Part shown: one piece after another, positions 1 to 10,963 of the stretch
Layout: each line of letters starts with the position of its first letter
Numbering within the stretch: the stretch's first letter is position 1
From: Octopus bimaculoides
Taxonomy: Eukaryota
NCBI RefSeq assembly: GCF_001194135.2
Contig: NC_068983.1
Coordinates: forward strand, 25,921,044 to 25,955,167
Direction: 5' to 3'
Length of the DNA: 34,124 nt
Notes under the pieces: generated by a model
Told to the model about the DNA's origin: nothing
What the model saw: only the letters and a program-made list of their open reading frames with translations
The model's database searches: none
Made by a program: the position numbers and the translations under genes

Positions 1-27
1 AATGGATGTTGTTTTCACATCGATAAT

Positions 28-75
28 GCCATTATTATTATTACTATTATTATTGTTGGTATCATTATTATTATA

Positions 76-131
<56 letters not shown>

Positions 132-226
132 CATCATCATTATCATCATTATTATTATCATTATTACCATCATTAATATTATCATCATTATTATCAGCAT
201 CATTATTATCATCTTCATCATCATCA
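28..226. repeat. (ATT)n/(ATC)n trinucleotide microsatellite
   Basis: Long run of att/atc triplets; explains the Ile/Met-only ORF 15..227. Confidence 0.95.
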
Positions 227-3200
227 AGATTTGAATTCAGAAAGATGTCGTCATCAACATTGGTTAATGCTCCCGAGTGTGATAAAATATTTGTCAACTA
301 TTCGAGAGGATATCAACGACTACAAGTTTTACGCAAATATTCTAGCATATTTACTATATCAGAACCACTTAGCAAGGGAGACAGTTTAGTAGAATATCTT
401 ACTTGTGGGTAGAAAATGTTAAAGGATATTTATGCAAGATATTTACGTTTTATGAACAAATCACACCACAGCCAGCTTATCCTCTTATTCTTAATTTAGC
501 GATAAAATAAAATAGCAATCAATGGTGGTCATTTAATCGAATGACTTCTTCCACAAAATTTCCGGGCTCCTACAATCGTGGGAAAGAATTAATATTATAA
601 CAAGTACTCGTAATGAGTAATGAAAATGTTATTGAGAAATACATATGTGGAAAAATAATCTATAGTTATCAGATTCGATTCTTTCAGAAAATATTTAGCC
701 AATGCTAATTTTGACTTTCATTTTTCCGATGTCGATAATATACATAGCAGTCATGTGACCATTGTAGGACGCAAGCCGATAAAGAAAATTCTTATCGATC
801 GCATGATATACTAGATATTGCAGTCAAATCACACTCAAATCGCACCCTACAAATTTAAGAAGTGAAGTACACATTAATAATGTAGGCTTAGATATATCAC
901 TATAAGAACTGGTCGTATTTGAAACGCCTTAATTATTTTAATGATCGATCAGAAATTGATATGTGGCGAACTGACTAAAACAAAAAAAAGCAACAATGTA
1001 GAGGTAGTACTATAATCTGGGCAAATGAGGCTTTAGTTCGCATTATTAAACCAATTAGTTGTTCTTACTCTACTAATGATTCTCACCAATATAATAAACG
1101 TCAATTAATCTCAGTTATGTGAAAAATAATGAAACACATTACGATTCTTGTACATTTCACAATCGATATAAATCTGAAAAAAAGATGAAACTAGCTCCAC
1201 CCACTCGTATCAAAGGCAATGTTTGTACACACTAATTTCTTCGGTTGGAATAGTAGGAATTGTTAGTGTTTTTGGCGATGTTTTATAATGAGTTATAGAT
1301 AATCGCAAACATTTTTTTCCACAGTATCTTACAGATACTATAACACAAATTGCAATGTTGCAATATTTGTGAATATTTCCTTGGGTCAGAATTTACTATA
1401 CGTTTCTTTTCTGTCTCCTCCTATCTCCCTTCTTCTATTCAGTTATAGCTCAACACAAATGATATATGCCTTGAGTAATATCTTTATTTTTGTGAAAATG
1501 ACTCCAGTACTTTCCCGTTGTACACAGTTTTGCGACATCATTTAACTATTCAAGAGATGACTCGCTTTTATCTGAAATGGCTTTCCTTCTAACTTCCTGT
1601 CCAATGTTATAGCCTGTGGAATATGCTATTCAGAGATAACAATATTGCACTGCTCGTTTGATTTCTTCCTTTTTTATTGTTTATACTTTAGTTACTCCGA
1701 TTTTATCGCTCCGTTTTTTTTTGTTTTTTTTTTTCGTTTTTGTCATAATTTCTCGGATAACATTAAATTATGGAGGATTAACGCTAGATAGACAGCCTCT
1801 GAAATCATTGTGCTTTGCTGATATACTTGTCACCTCTAAATAGTTTACCATCCATGTATTGCCTTCTATTAATGTAATGACACCTTGAGGAATTACATTA
1901 TTAAGTTTAGAATCGTTGAAAATGTTGTCCGCAGCTTCGTTTTTACCATCAATTTGCATTTTCATATTAACATAAGATGAGAAGATCATGTACAATGGTT
2001 GATTTGTTGATTTATTGATTCCATAAGCCTGTCTTCTGTTTCACAATATACCCCGAATATTCGTTTACTGTTCTTATTCCTACTGCAAATCATTGTTTTC
2101 TTTTTCTGCACCTGACATGATTTACATGTGGTAGGAGGATGTGAATTCAACTGGTCCCATGTATTCTAACACCGTTAATAAAATTGGTTTGCCGGTTAGG
2201 TAACACTATCTTATAGTATAAATATTACATTTTAAAACACACCAAGTACATACCTATGATTCCAAGAATTTTATATCTTATAATCATGTAATTCGTCTGA
2301 TGTTGAATTTGCTTCACTGAAAGTTGTAAATAGCGAAAGGATTACAAATGTTAAAGAGAACTGATATCAGAGCGCTTGATTCCGAGGAGCTCAATTAAAA
2401 ATTTTGATCAACTGTGACTTATTTTCTATCATATAAAAATAGCAATGCAGATGACGAGGCTTATTTCTTCAAGCCAGTATTATATATTTTAATTATTTCG
2501 ACCCTTCAATACCCCATGAGGCAATACTGTCGTACCGATTAACCCAATGTGATATGTATTTCTAATTAGTTGATTGAGCTGATGAGAACTGTAGTGCGTG
2601 CAGATTGTCACAGTTCAGCGTCTGTTATGAGATTTACAACTTCAGATAGATTTACCTAACACACACAGCAGTATTGCACAAAGTATCAATTTGAAGACTT
2701 GACATGTAAAAAAATCTGTAAAGGTATTATGTTGCATGCGTGCGCACCGGATCTGCTTAATTTGACAACCGTTTACTAATATCTTCAGATTATAATACCA
2801 TGACAACAGCTGAAATGGTGCATATAATTATATTCATTCCTTGTTTTATTGCTTTACATATATTATATTACATAAACCACACAAAAATAAATACCAAAAG
2901 TACGTATAATATATCAGAGAACGTATTGCAAGTAGTAAACTATTATATGGTTCCAGATGTATGTGCGTAGTAATTGTTATCCGTTTGTGTTTATAGTATC
3001 TAATACAGATTCCAATGGATTTGGAACGAGCTGACGCCAGTGTCTTGCTGCTGATCATGTTGAAATATAGCGCCTGTGCATATGAGAATCTAGTTATTTG
3101 AACCTGTAATTTGATTTTACTCTCATGTTGCATTAACTAAATTTTATTCCGGACACCAGATTTCTATTTTTGAAACGGAAGCACTAGAGTAATTTCCTTT

Positions 3201-3667
3201 GAATTAAAAAAAAAATGGAATTCTTAAACATATTCTAAAGTATTTTTAATTTGTATATATATTGTACCCTCAAGATTTCATTAAGTTCTATATACCTCTG
3301 GTAGCTGACATATAAATATTAACCTCAACCACATAAAATTACAACTAGAGGAAGTGAGGCAAATAAATACAAAATGTGAGTCTAATGGAAAACTCTGTTA
3401 TCCATTTATCCTAGCATCAATTATCGATGAAAAACAATAAACCCAATCTCGACGATTTATCGATAATTTTGATAAAATTTTTGGCGTCAACACTAAAAGC
3501 CGGTCGAGTATGAATGAGCAAATATGAAGTGTAGAATGAGCCAAGTTCACATCCAAAAATAAAGTGTAGAAAATTTCGGGCTGTCATGACCGAACTGTAT
3601 AAAGTACAAGTTATGAGAAAGGAAAAAATACATAAAACTAATACGCAAGGACAATAACAAAATATAG

Positions 3668-3740
3668 GACACACACACACATAGACACACTATATGTATA
3701 TATACATACATAGACACATATATATATACCTGTATATACA

Positions 3741-3781
<41 letters not shown>
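3668..3781. repeat. Compound (CA)n/(TA)n microsatellite
   Basis: Degenerate CA/TA dinucleotides ending in a pure (TA)n run next to the SINE tail. Confidence 0.9.
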
Positions 3782-3783
<2 letters not shown>

Positions 3784-4292
3784 TCTTTTACTTTTTTCAG
3801 TGATTTGACTGCGCCTATGCTGGAGCATCGCTTTTAGTTGAAGAAATCGAACTCATGACTTATTCTTTGTAAGCCTAGTACTTATTCTATCAGTGTCGTT
3901 TGTCGAATTGCTAAGTTACGGGGACATAAACACACCAGCATCGGTTGTCAAGCGATGTTGGGGGACAAACACGCACAAACATACACGCACACACACACGC
4001 ACACGCACACGCACACCCACTCACATATATCTATATACATATATACGACGGGCTTCTTTCAGTNNNNNNNNNNACACACACACGCACACGCACACGCACA
4101 CCCACTCACATATATCTATATACATATATACGACGGGCTTCTTTCAGTTTCCGTCTAACAAATCCACTCATAAGGCTTTGGTCGGCCCGAAGCTATAGTA
4201 GAAGACACTTACCCAAGGTGCCACGCAGAGGGACCGAACCCGGAACCATGTGGTTGTTAGGCAAACTAGTTACCACACAGCCACTCCTGCGC
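3781..4292 (-). mobile_element. tRNA-derived SINE, family 1 (cephalopod type, with internal CA/TA microsatellite)
   Basis: Minus-strand head GCGCAGGAGTGGCTGTGTGGTAAC...GGTTCGGTCC contains Pol III box A (4273-4283) and box B (4231-4240), followed by GGCACCTTGGGTAAGTGTCTT. A second diverged copy lies at ~24005-24515 on the opposite strand. Confidence 0.85.
3989..4148. other. Assembly artefact: 75-bp exact duplication around a 10-N gap
   Basis: 3989-4063 is identical to 4074-4148, separated by exactly 10 Ns. Confidence 0.9.
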
Positions 4293-5974
4293 ATATATAT
4301 ACATAGATTCATATACATACATACATATATACATAGATACATATATATTAAGACACACACACACTCATATATGTGTATGTAAGTGTGAGTGTGTATATAT
4401 ATGTACATGTATCGGAACTATCAATGACTGGATGCGTTTTGGAATAACTATACGTAGTAAGGAATCAAATGCTTGCAAAATTTATTTAAAAAATTTAGGT
4501 TACAAATTATTTTGAAATATTTTTTCTTAAAATCATTCAGTATATCAAACATTCTACTTTTACCGAAATGTCTGTGAATGTATAAGTAACTGAATACACA
4601 ATGGAACGGCTGAAATACAATCACGTATATTTAGAGAGTAAACTCTTAACCTGAAAATATACAGCTCAGGTTTACATAATCTTGCCTTTTCTGGCTTATC
4701 GTCAAAGCGTTTTCGTTTTCTATATTGTCTACTACTTCCAGAATAGATATTGATCTTCAGCACTTGCCAACTATACAACATCTTCATTCAACAAAAATTA
4801 CTTGTTATACTTGACACTCACCAGCTAGGTTCTTTTACCGCCTAGATTTCATAGCAAAGATAACAGGAATAGATTTGTTGCCGGGGTGGGGAGGTCGTTT
4901 TTACACCTCCCAATCTTACGATGTTCAGAAAAAAACACTACAATTTCAAGCATTCTACCAAATGCTATATTTCTCTCAAATGCCAATGCTAAGTGGGAAA
5001 GAAACTTCCATAGCATTGGGATGCCTTCTCTTTGAATACACAAGAATAAAGTAGGTATCAATTTAATCTAATTTATTTATATCTATTTGTTCCAATTATA
5101 CTACATTGTTTTCATGCTTATTTAGCTTTCAATGAAATATCAAATTCTGCACTATATCAATAAGTTACAAATTTCGATTATGTATTTTTCTATAATTTAA
5201 TTTCTTTTACCAGGTAGCAGATATATTCTTACATAAAAAGGAAATGCATAGCACATCGTCTGCCATTAGATGTACATACGAAACAAATATTCTCAAATGG
5301 TAATTAGTGATGCAGAAATATTAACAACACGAACTTGAATCGCATCTTATTCAGTCGATATATTTCTTGCATAGTAATATATTACTGTATGACATTGAGA
5401 AAAGTACTTTTTACATTGCTAAAGTGGTAAAATGGAAGAAAATTCAGAGAGACGTACTCATTAATTCTTAATTGAAACTCTGAACGAAAAAAAAAGTAGT
5501 TTAATTGTCTTTGCGACAACTTACACTTTCATTGAAATAATGCAAACCAATTTTGAATATTGCATCTCCACAGTTCTACAACAAAGTCCACTCCTTGTCA
5601 TAGTGCAGTTGTTTGTGTGCCTCAATCACTCTTAGATGCATACTAACGGAAAGCTCCTGATAGGGCCTCCGAGGTTACGCTAATGTGGACCATCTCTTTC
5701 TGGAGGTAAAACATTTTTCAGTTGAGCCAACAACCATACATCGAAATAATAGTTACACGAATATCGATGACAATTCAAAACCAAAAGACCTGGACGATAC
5801 GAAAGGAAGGAAGGAAAATTTGAGTCAAGAACTGGAGAAAAATCGGCGATGTCTTCCGCTTCATCGAGTTAATTTACCACATTAAGCTCCTCCAAGAGAG
5901 GAGCTTAAGGGGGTAAATGACACTATTAATATTTGTAGTATTGTATGTATACCAGAATTACTATCAATGACATG

Positions 5975-6125
5975 AAGGCAGGGAGCTGATGGAACAGTCA
6001 GCACATAGGGAAAAAAATGCTTAGTCCATTCTGTCCGTCACTAACTTCTGAATTCAAATTCTGCCGAGATCAAATTTTCCCTTCATCTTTTCGGAGTTGG
6101 TAAAATAAGTATCGGTTGAGAATAG
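5975..6125 (+). mobile_element. Degenerate SINE, family 2
   Basis: AAGGCAGGGAGCTG...AAATGCTTAG...TTCTGAATTCAAATTCTGCCGAGATC aligns by eye with the copy at 8002-8219. Confidence 0.6.
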
Positions 6126-8001
6126 GCTTCATGTGATAGTCTGGCTTCCTCCTCCAAAATAACAGGCATTGTGGCTGCGTTATTATCAATATTATCGAAC
6201 GACAAGATGTCGTTACTGAAAGCAAGATGTTTAGTTGTACTGTTGTTAGGATTACGTTCACAGGTTCGATTCTGGGACTGAGTAGCACATTGATTCTTTC
6301 AGGTTCATCTCCTTTGCTACTGCCTACGTAGCTCAACAGGAGCGTTGGTTGCATCGTTGGGTTAATTTGTGATAAGTTTCTTTGGCATACTTGTACACTG
6401 TCACCTAAACACTTCATTAATTCAACTTACATTCAATCGCGTGAATTTACAAGCTGGCAGAAGATTTAGAAATTACACAAGCGTCAACGTTGTTAACCAG
6501 TATTATGTTGTGGCTAAAGTGTATCCTTGTTGAGTTTGAGTTCAAGTTTCTGAAATCCTTCAGTGCCAAGTGACTATCTGTTCATTATTTTCTGTGGTGT
6601 AACATTATATGCACAACAGAGTTTATTCCCAGAAAAAGTTATGGTAGGCAAATTCCATGCTACACATTGGCAATACTTAATTGAGTGTTTATACACAGTT
6701 ATGAAGACATGGATTGAGTTGTTCGTAATTTAGGAGGAAAAGTGTGAACACCGAAGATAAAGTGAGAGAGATACTAAAATCCTTTGTAGTCTTTCAATAT
6801 GCGTCCTCGTAAGCTAGATTTCATATATTTTATTTATTCTGATTTCATACAGGAAGATATTTATTCAAGAATTTATGAAGACGATTTAAGATTGTCCAAT
6901 TAACCAAAATCTTTTCATAATGATCACATAGTTCCTAATTGATTAATGGTGTTCTGTTTTCAGTGATTTCTGGTAATTTAGCTTGACTTTCAGCTGACCA
7001 TGAATACTTGAGAAAATCGTATATTCTCAGTTTTCCTTTATAAGATAGGGTTTCTTGCCCAGCCTTTTTAATGTCTATAGAATTTACCAGTTCACTTGAA
7101 AACTGTAGAGTGTCGGATAAATTCAATGGAAGGCATAATAAATATATTGAAAAGCCATAAATGAATAGATATATTCAGTATTAGGCTGTCAGACAGATAG
7201 ATTTATGCGTGTAGGTCAGGCCATGCACAATACAATGGATAGTATAAAATACAGGGAATATGGAGAGCGTGCAAAGTGAAATGATAACGGTAATCAAACT
7301 CCATTATCGTTGATTTGTTATCCAGAAAGTACACAGTTATTGTAGACTATGTGGTAATGAAAACATATAAGTAGAAAAATGTATATGAAACTGAATAATA
7401 CAAATTTCGTTCATTATACAGTTTAAAGTATGCAGATTTCTGCTATAAATAATAACCTCTTGATCTCTTGATATAAGAATTCCTTGGAGTTTCAGTGGCG
7501 AACTTAAATACAAGACGGTCGTCGACTAGATATAATGCTAGTCACAAAATGGTTAGACGCATGAAGATATAGAATATTGCGCTATTTGGAACATTATAAT
7601 TGCGACACATGAAATAATAATAAAATGGAAGTAAAGTAATCATAAGTTTATTAGTATAGAGACAAATATCGCAATCCCAATGATATTTTAAAATACTTTA
7701 TAAATCTGATAATTGTCTTTCTGTTGAATATATTTGCAGTGGTTAATTAGCATATGTAAAATCAATAGTATGATAACGGCATTGTATAAGTTCCCAAAAT
7801 ATAAGGAAGATAAATCTCGACATTAAAGCACGAGTATTATCGTATTGCAGACTTAATACGGAAAAAATACAAAGATAGTAACTGAGGTGTTCGTTTCCTA
7901 CATGCAGAAGTATTTCAATGACCGTAAAAACTTAATGATAAAAATATATTAAAATCAATAGCAATAAATAAGGAAGGTAAATATTATCATCAAACTTCGC
8001 T

Positions 8002-8219
8002 AAGGCGGAGAGCTAGGAGAATCATTAGATCGCTGGACGAAATGCTTAGCGGTATTTCGCCCGTCGGTAGGTTCTGAGTTCAAGTTCCTCCGCGGTCGAC
8101 TTTGCCTTTTATTCTTTCGGGGTCAATAAATGAAGTAACAGTGGGGTCGATGTAATGAACTACTCTGCCCACCACAAAAATAATTTCAGGCTTTGTGTCT
8201 CCAGTCGAAATGACTAGAC
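8002..8219 (+). mobile_element. Full-length tRNA-related SINE, family 2, with 12-bp target-site duplication
   Basis: AAGGCGGAGAGCTAG...AAATGCTTAGCGGTATTTCG...GAGTTCAAGTTCC (box B-like)...GGTCGACTTTGCC. Flanked by TCAAACTTCGCT at 7990-8001 and 8220-8231. Confidence 0.85.
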
Positions 8220-8454
8220 TCAAACTTCGCTCTAAAGATAATAGTAAACGAAACGAAGAGAGAACACCTGCTATCAATATGGTAATATAACCACTGAAAA
8301 GAAGAGTTACATATCGGGGTATATATTCAATAAGAATAAAATAGGAAGACAAATGAATGCATGATTTTCCAAATGTATTCAAAATTAGAAAAACATCTCC
8401 CCTATGAACATAACTATAGATGCCGGTAAGCCATAAATGTGATTCCATATGAAA

Positions 8455-8455
8455 C

Positions 8456-8488
<33 letters not shown>
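8455..8488. repeat. (TATC)n tetranucleotide microsatellite running into gap 8489-9104
   Basis: Direct reading. Confidence 0.9.
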
Positions 8489-9104
8489 NNNNNNNNNNNN
8501 NNNNNNNNNNNNNNNNNNNNNNNNNNNNNNNNNNNNNNNNNNNNNNNNNNNNNNNNNNNNNNNNNNNNNNNNNNNNNNNNNNNNNNNNNNNNNNNNNNNN
8601 NNNNNNNNNNNNNNNNNNNNNNNNNNNNNNNNNNNNNNNNNNNNNNNNNNNNNNNNNNNNNNNNNNNNNNNNNNNNNNNNNNNNNNNNNNNNNNNNNNNN
8701 NNNNNNNNNNNNNNNNNNNNNNNNNNNNNNNNNNNNNNNNNNNNNNNNNNNNNNNNNNNNNNNNNNNNNNNNNNNNNNNNNNNNNNNNNNNNNNNNNNNN
8801 NNNNNNNNNNNNNNNNNNNNNNNNNNNNNNNNNNNNNNNNNNNNNNNNNNNNNNNNNNNNNNNNNNNNNNNNNNNNNNNNNNNNNNNNNNNNNNNNNNNN
8901 NNNNNNNNNNNNNNNNNNNNNNNNNNNNNNNNNNNNNNNNNNNNNNNNNNNNNNNNNNNNNNNNNNNNNNNNNNNNNNNNNNNNNNNNNNNNNNNNNNNN
9001 NNNNNNNNNNNNNNNNNNNNNNNNNNNNNNNNNNNNNNNNNNNNNNNNNNNNNNNNNNNNNNNNNNNNNNNNNNNNNNNNNNNNNNNNNNNNNNNNNNNN
9101 NNNN

Positions 9105-9165
9105 CAATGCCTCAAAATTGGAGGGAGGGGTTAAGTCTATCACATCGACCCTAGTGCGTAACTAG
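9105..9165 (-). mobile_element. SINE family 2, 3' part (interrupted by mariner)
   Basis: GGAGGGAGGGGTTAAGTCTATCACATCGACCCTAGTGCGTAACTAG matches the corresponding part of the uninterrupted copy at ~10725-10769. Confidence 0.75.
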
Positions 9166-9167
9166 TA

Positions 9168-10452
9168 TGAGGACATCCCATAAGTTCTCTCCGATTTTAC
9201 CTTTTCTAAAATTGAATGCAATTTAATAGTATTTTAGAATGTCGAAAGGAATTAAAAATTATTTTTAAACATTTGTGTACATTTAAAGTAATTAAATATT
9301 ATTTTACAGAATAATAGAATTAAAATTTCTTTGATTAAAACTCTTTCTAACATGTAAATATCCAAAGAGCGCTTAAGGCACATAATGCTTTCTGAGTACA
9401 AAAAATTAAACTCTACAGCCGAAGCGACTCGAAGCACACACTCGGTTTATGAGAAATAATGCTTGTATGAAAGAACTTGCAGAAAATGGTTTTCAAAATT
9501 CAGAAGTGGAGATTTCAGCCTTGAAGATGAAGATCGAACAGGACATCCAGTTTAGTTTGATGATAAGCTCCTTGAGGCATTACTTGAAGAAATCCTTCAT
9601 TATGAGTTGAAGAATTGGCATTAAAGCTTAGTTCAAGCCATACAACCGTTTATTGTCATCTTCAACAACTTTGAAAGGTTCCTAGACTTGGAAAATGGGT
9701 GCCTCATGAATTGTCCGAAAGCAACCGCAAATCCCGAGTTGACATCTGCTCTTCTCTTCATTCTCGCGAACTCATTTCACCCATTTTGGATAAACTTGTT
9801 ACTGATGACGAAAAATGGATCTTCTATTGAAAGGTTAAACGTCCTAAAAAGTGGCTTGGTAAAAGGGAAAAAGCCCAACCACAACCGAGAAGAGAACTTC
9901 ATGAGGAAAGGTTCATCTGTCTATCTGGTGGGATTGCAAAGGAGTAATTCTCTTTGAATTGTTACCACTTAATGCAACTATCGGTGCTCAAGTCTACTCT
10001 CAGCAATTAGAGCGTTTGAACCAAGCTTTGCCGAAAAAAAGACCCGCTTTAGTGAATCGAAAAGGAGTGATGTTTCATCAGGACAATGCGTGATCCCACA
10101 CTGCAAAGATCACTTCACAGAAGATCAAAGAGCTTGGTGGGGAAAAAATTCCTTATCCATCTTATTCTTCCGACCTTGCTACTTCAGACTACCATTCGTT
10201 TCATAGTTTACAGAATCATTTGGGGGACATAACTTTCGCGAACCAGAAGAAGGTCGAAACTGATATTTCAGAGTTGTTCGCTTTGAAATCAAAAGAGTTT
10301 TACATTGACGGGATTAAAAGCTTGTAAATAGATGGAAGTAAGTCATAGATAATCAGGGAAAGTATATTGATGATTACATTTCAATTAAATATAACATTTG
10401 ATCACTCGTTTTCTGTATTCAAAATTCGGACAGAACTTATGGGAAGACCTGA
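9168..10452 (+). mobile_element. Full-length non-functional mariner (Tc1/mariner, DD34D) DNA transposon, 1285 bp
   Basis: Terminal inverted repeats 9168-9194 and 10426-10452 match at 23 of 27 positions; TA duplication at 9166-9167 and 10453-10454; length typical of mariners; contains a transposase pseudogene. Confidence 0.95.
9352..10377 (+). pseudogene. Mariner transposase pseudogene (several stops and frameshifts)
   Basis: Manual translation gives M*ISKERLRHIML...ERTCRKWFSKFRSGDFSLEDEDRTG (HTH region), WVPHEL at 9696, VTDDEKW (first D at 9807), WWDCKGV, HQDNA (D at 10082) and YSSDLATSDY (D at 10187). There are 34 residues between the last two Asp. Confidence 0.95.
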
Positions 10453-10454
10453 TA

Positions 10455-10587
10455 CCTATTTAATCGATCCCGAAAGGATTAAAGGGAAAGTCGACCCCGG
10501 CGAAATTTGAGCTGAGAATGTAATAGCAGACGTAATACCGCTAAACATTTCGCCAGGTGTGCTAACGATTCTAGTAGCACACCACCT
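10455..10587 (-). mobile_element. SINE family 2, 5' part (continues 9105-9165 across the mariner)
   Basis: Reverse complement reads AGGTGGTGTGCTACTAGAATCGTTAGCACACCTGGCGAAATGTTTAGCGGTATTACG...CGCCGGGGTCGACTTTCC, collinear with 8002-8130. Confidence 0.85.
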
Positions 10588-10601
10588 CAATAAAAATGAT
10601 G

Positions 10602-10963
10602 ATCAAAATAGTGATGATGATAACAAACCTGTAATAGTTAATATTCTATTATATTGTGAACAAATAAATAGTAAACGTATACTTTTCTGCTCTAGACAGA
10701 AGGCTCTAAATTTTGGGGGAGGATGCAAGTCGATTAGACCGACCCCAGTATGCAACTGGTACTTAATTTATCGACCCTGAAAGGAGGAAAGGTAAAGTCG
10801 GGCCCTGCGAAATTTGAACCCAGAATATAGTGACTGACGAAATACCGCTAAGCATTTCGGCTGGCTAACTATTTTATCAGCACAATCAAAATATTGATGA
10901 TGTTAACAAATCCGCAATAGTAACATTCTATTATATTGTGAACAAATAAGAAATAAATGTATA
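10602..10963. repeat. Diverged ~80-bp direct repeat pair (10602-10681 and 10885-10963)
   Basis: ATCAAAATA(G/T)TGATGATG(A/T)TAACAAA...ATTCTATTATATTGTGAACAAATAA occurs twice, 283 bp apart. Confidence 0.85.
10690..10872 (-). mobile_element. SINE family 2 copy (head degraded)
   Basis: GTCGATTAGACCGACCCCAGTATGCAACTGGTACTTAATTTATCGACCCTGAAAGG...GAAATACCGCTAAGCATTTCG is the reverse complement of the family-2 body. Confidence 0.85.

Noticed and set aside
520-600. Faint resemblance to the family-2 SINE tail (also 24640-24680) and to another recalled octopus repeat end at 26060-26135
   Set aside because: Too degraded to support by eye.
2252-2314. Minus-strand segment with good acceptor and donor (KQIQHQTNYMIIRYKILGII)
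   Set aside because: Phase and sequence do not fit the receptor, no recognisable protein, and such pairs are expected by chance.
2579-2632. CTGATGA followed by a 7-bp stem (GAACTGT/ACAGTTC), hammerhead-like
   Set aside because: The obligatory GAAA core is missing after the stem and there is no stem I pairing.
6935-7126. Protein-like 63-aa ORF (YKGKLRIYDFLKYSW...)
   Set aside because: No recognisable motif, and the length is within chance expectation.
8439-9165. Long ORFs of 200-390 aa here and at 13330-14499, 21330-21711, 31202-32160 and 32942-33594
   Set aside because: They are made of N-gaps (X) and dinucleotide or tetranucleotide repeats.
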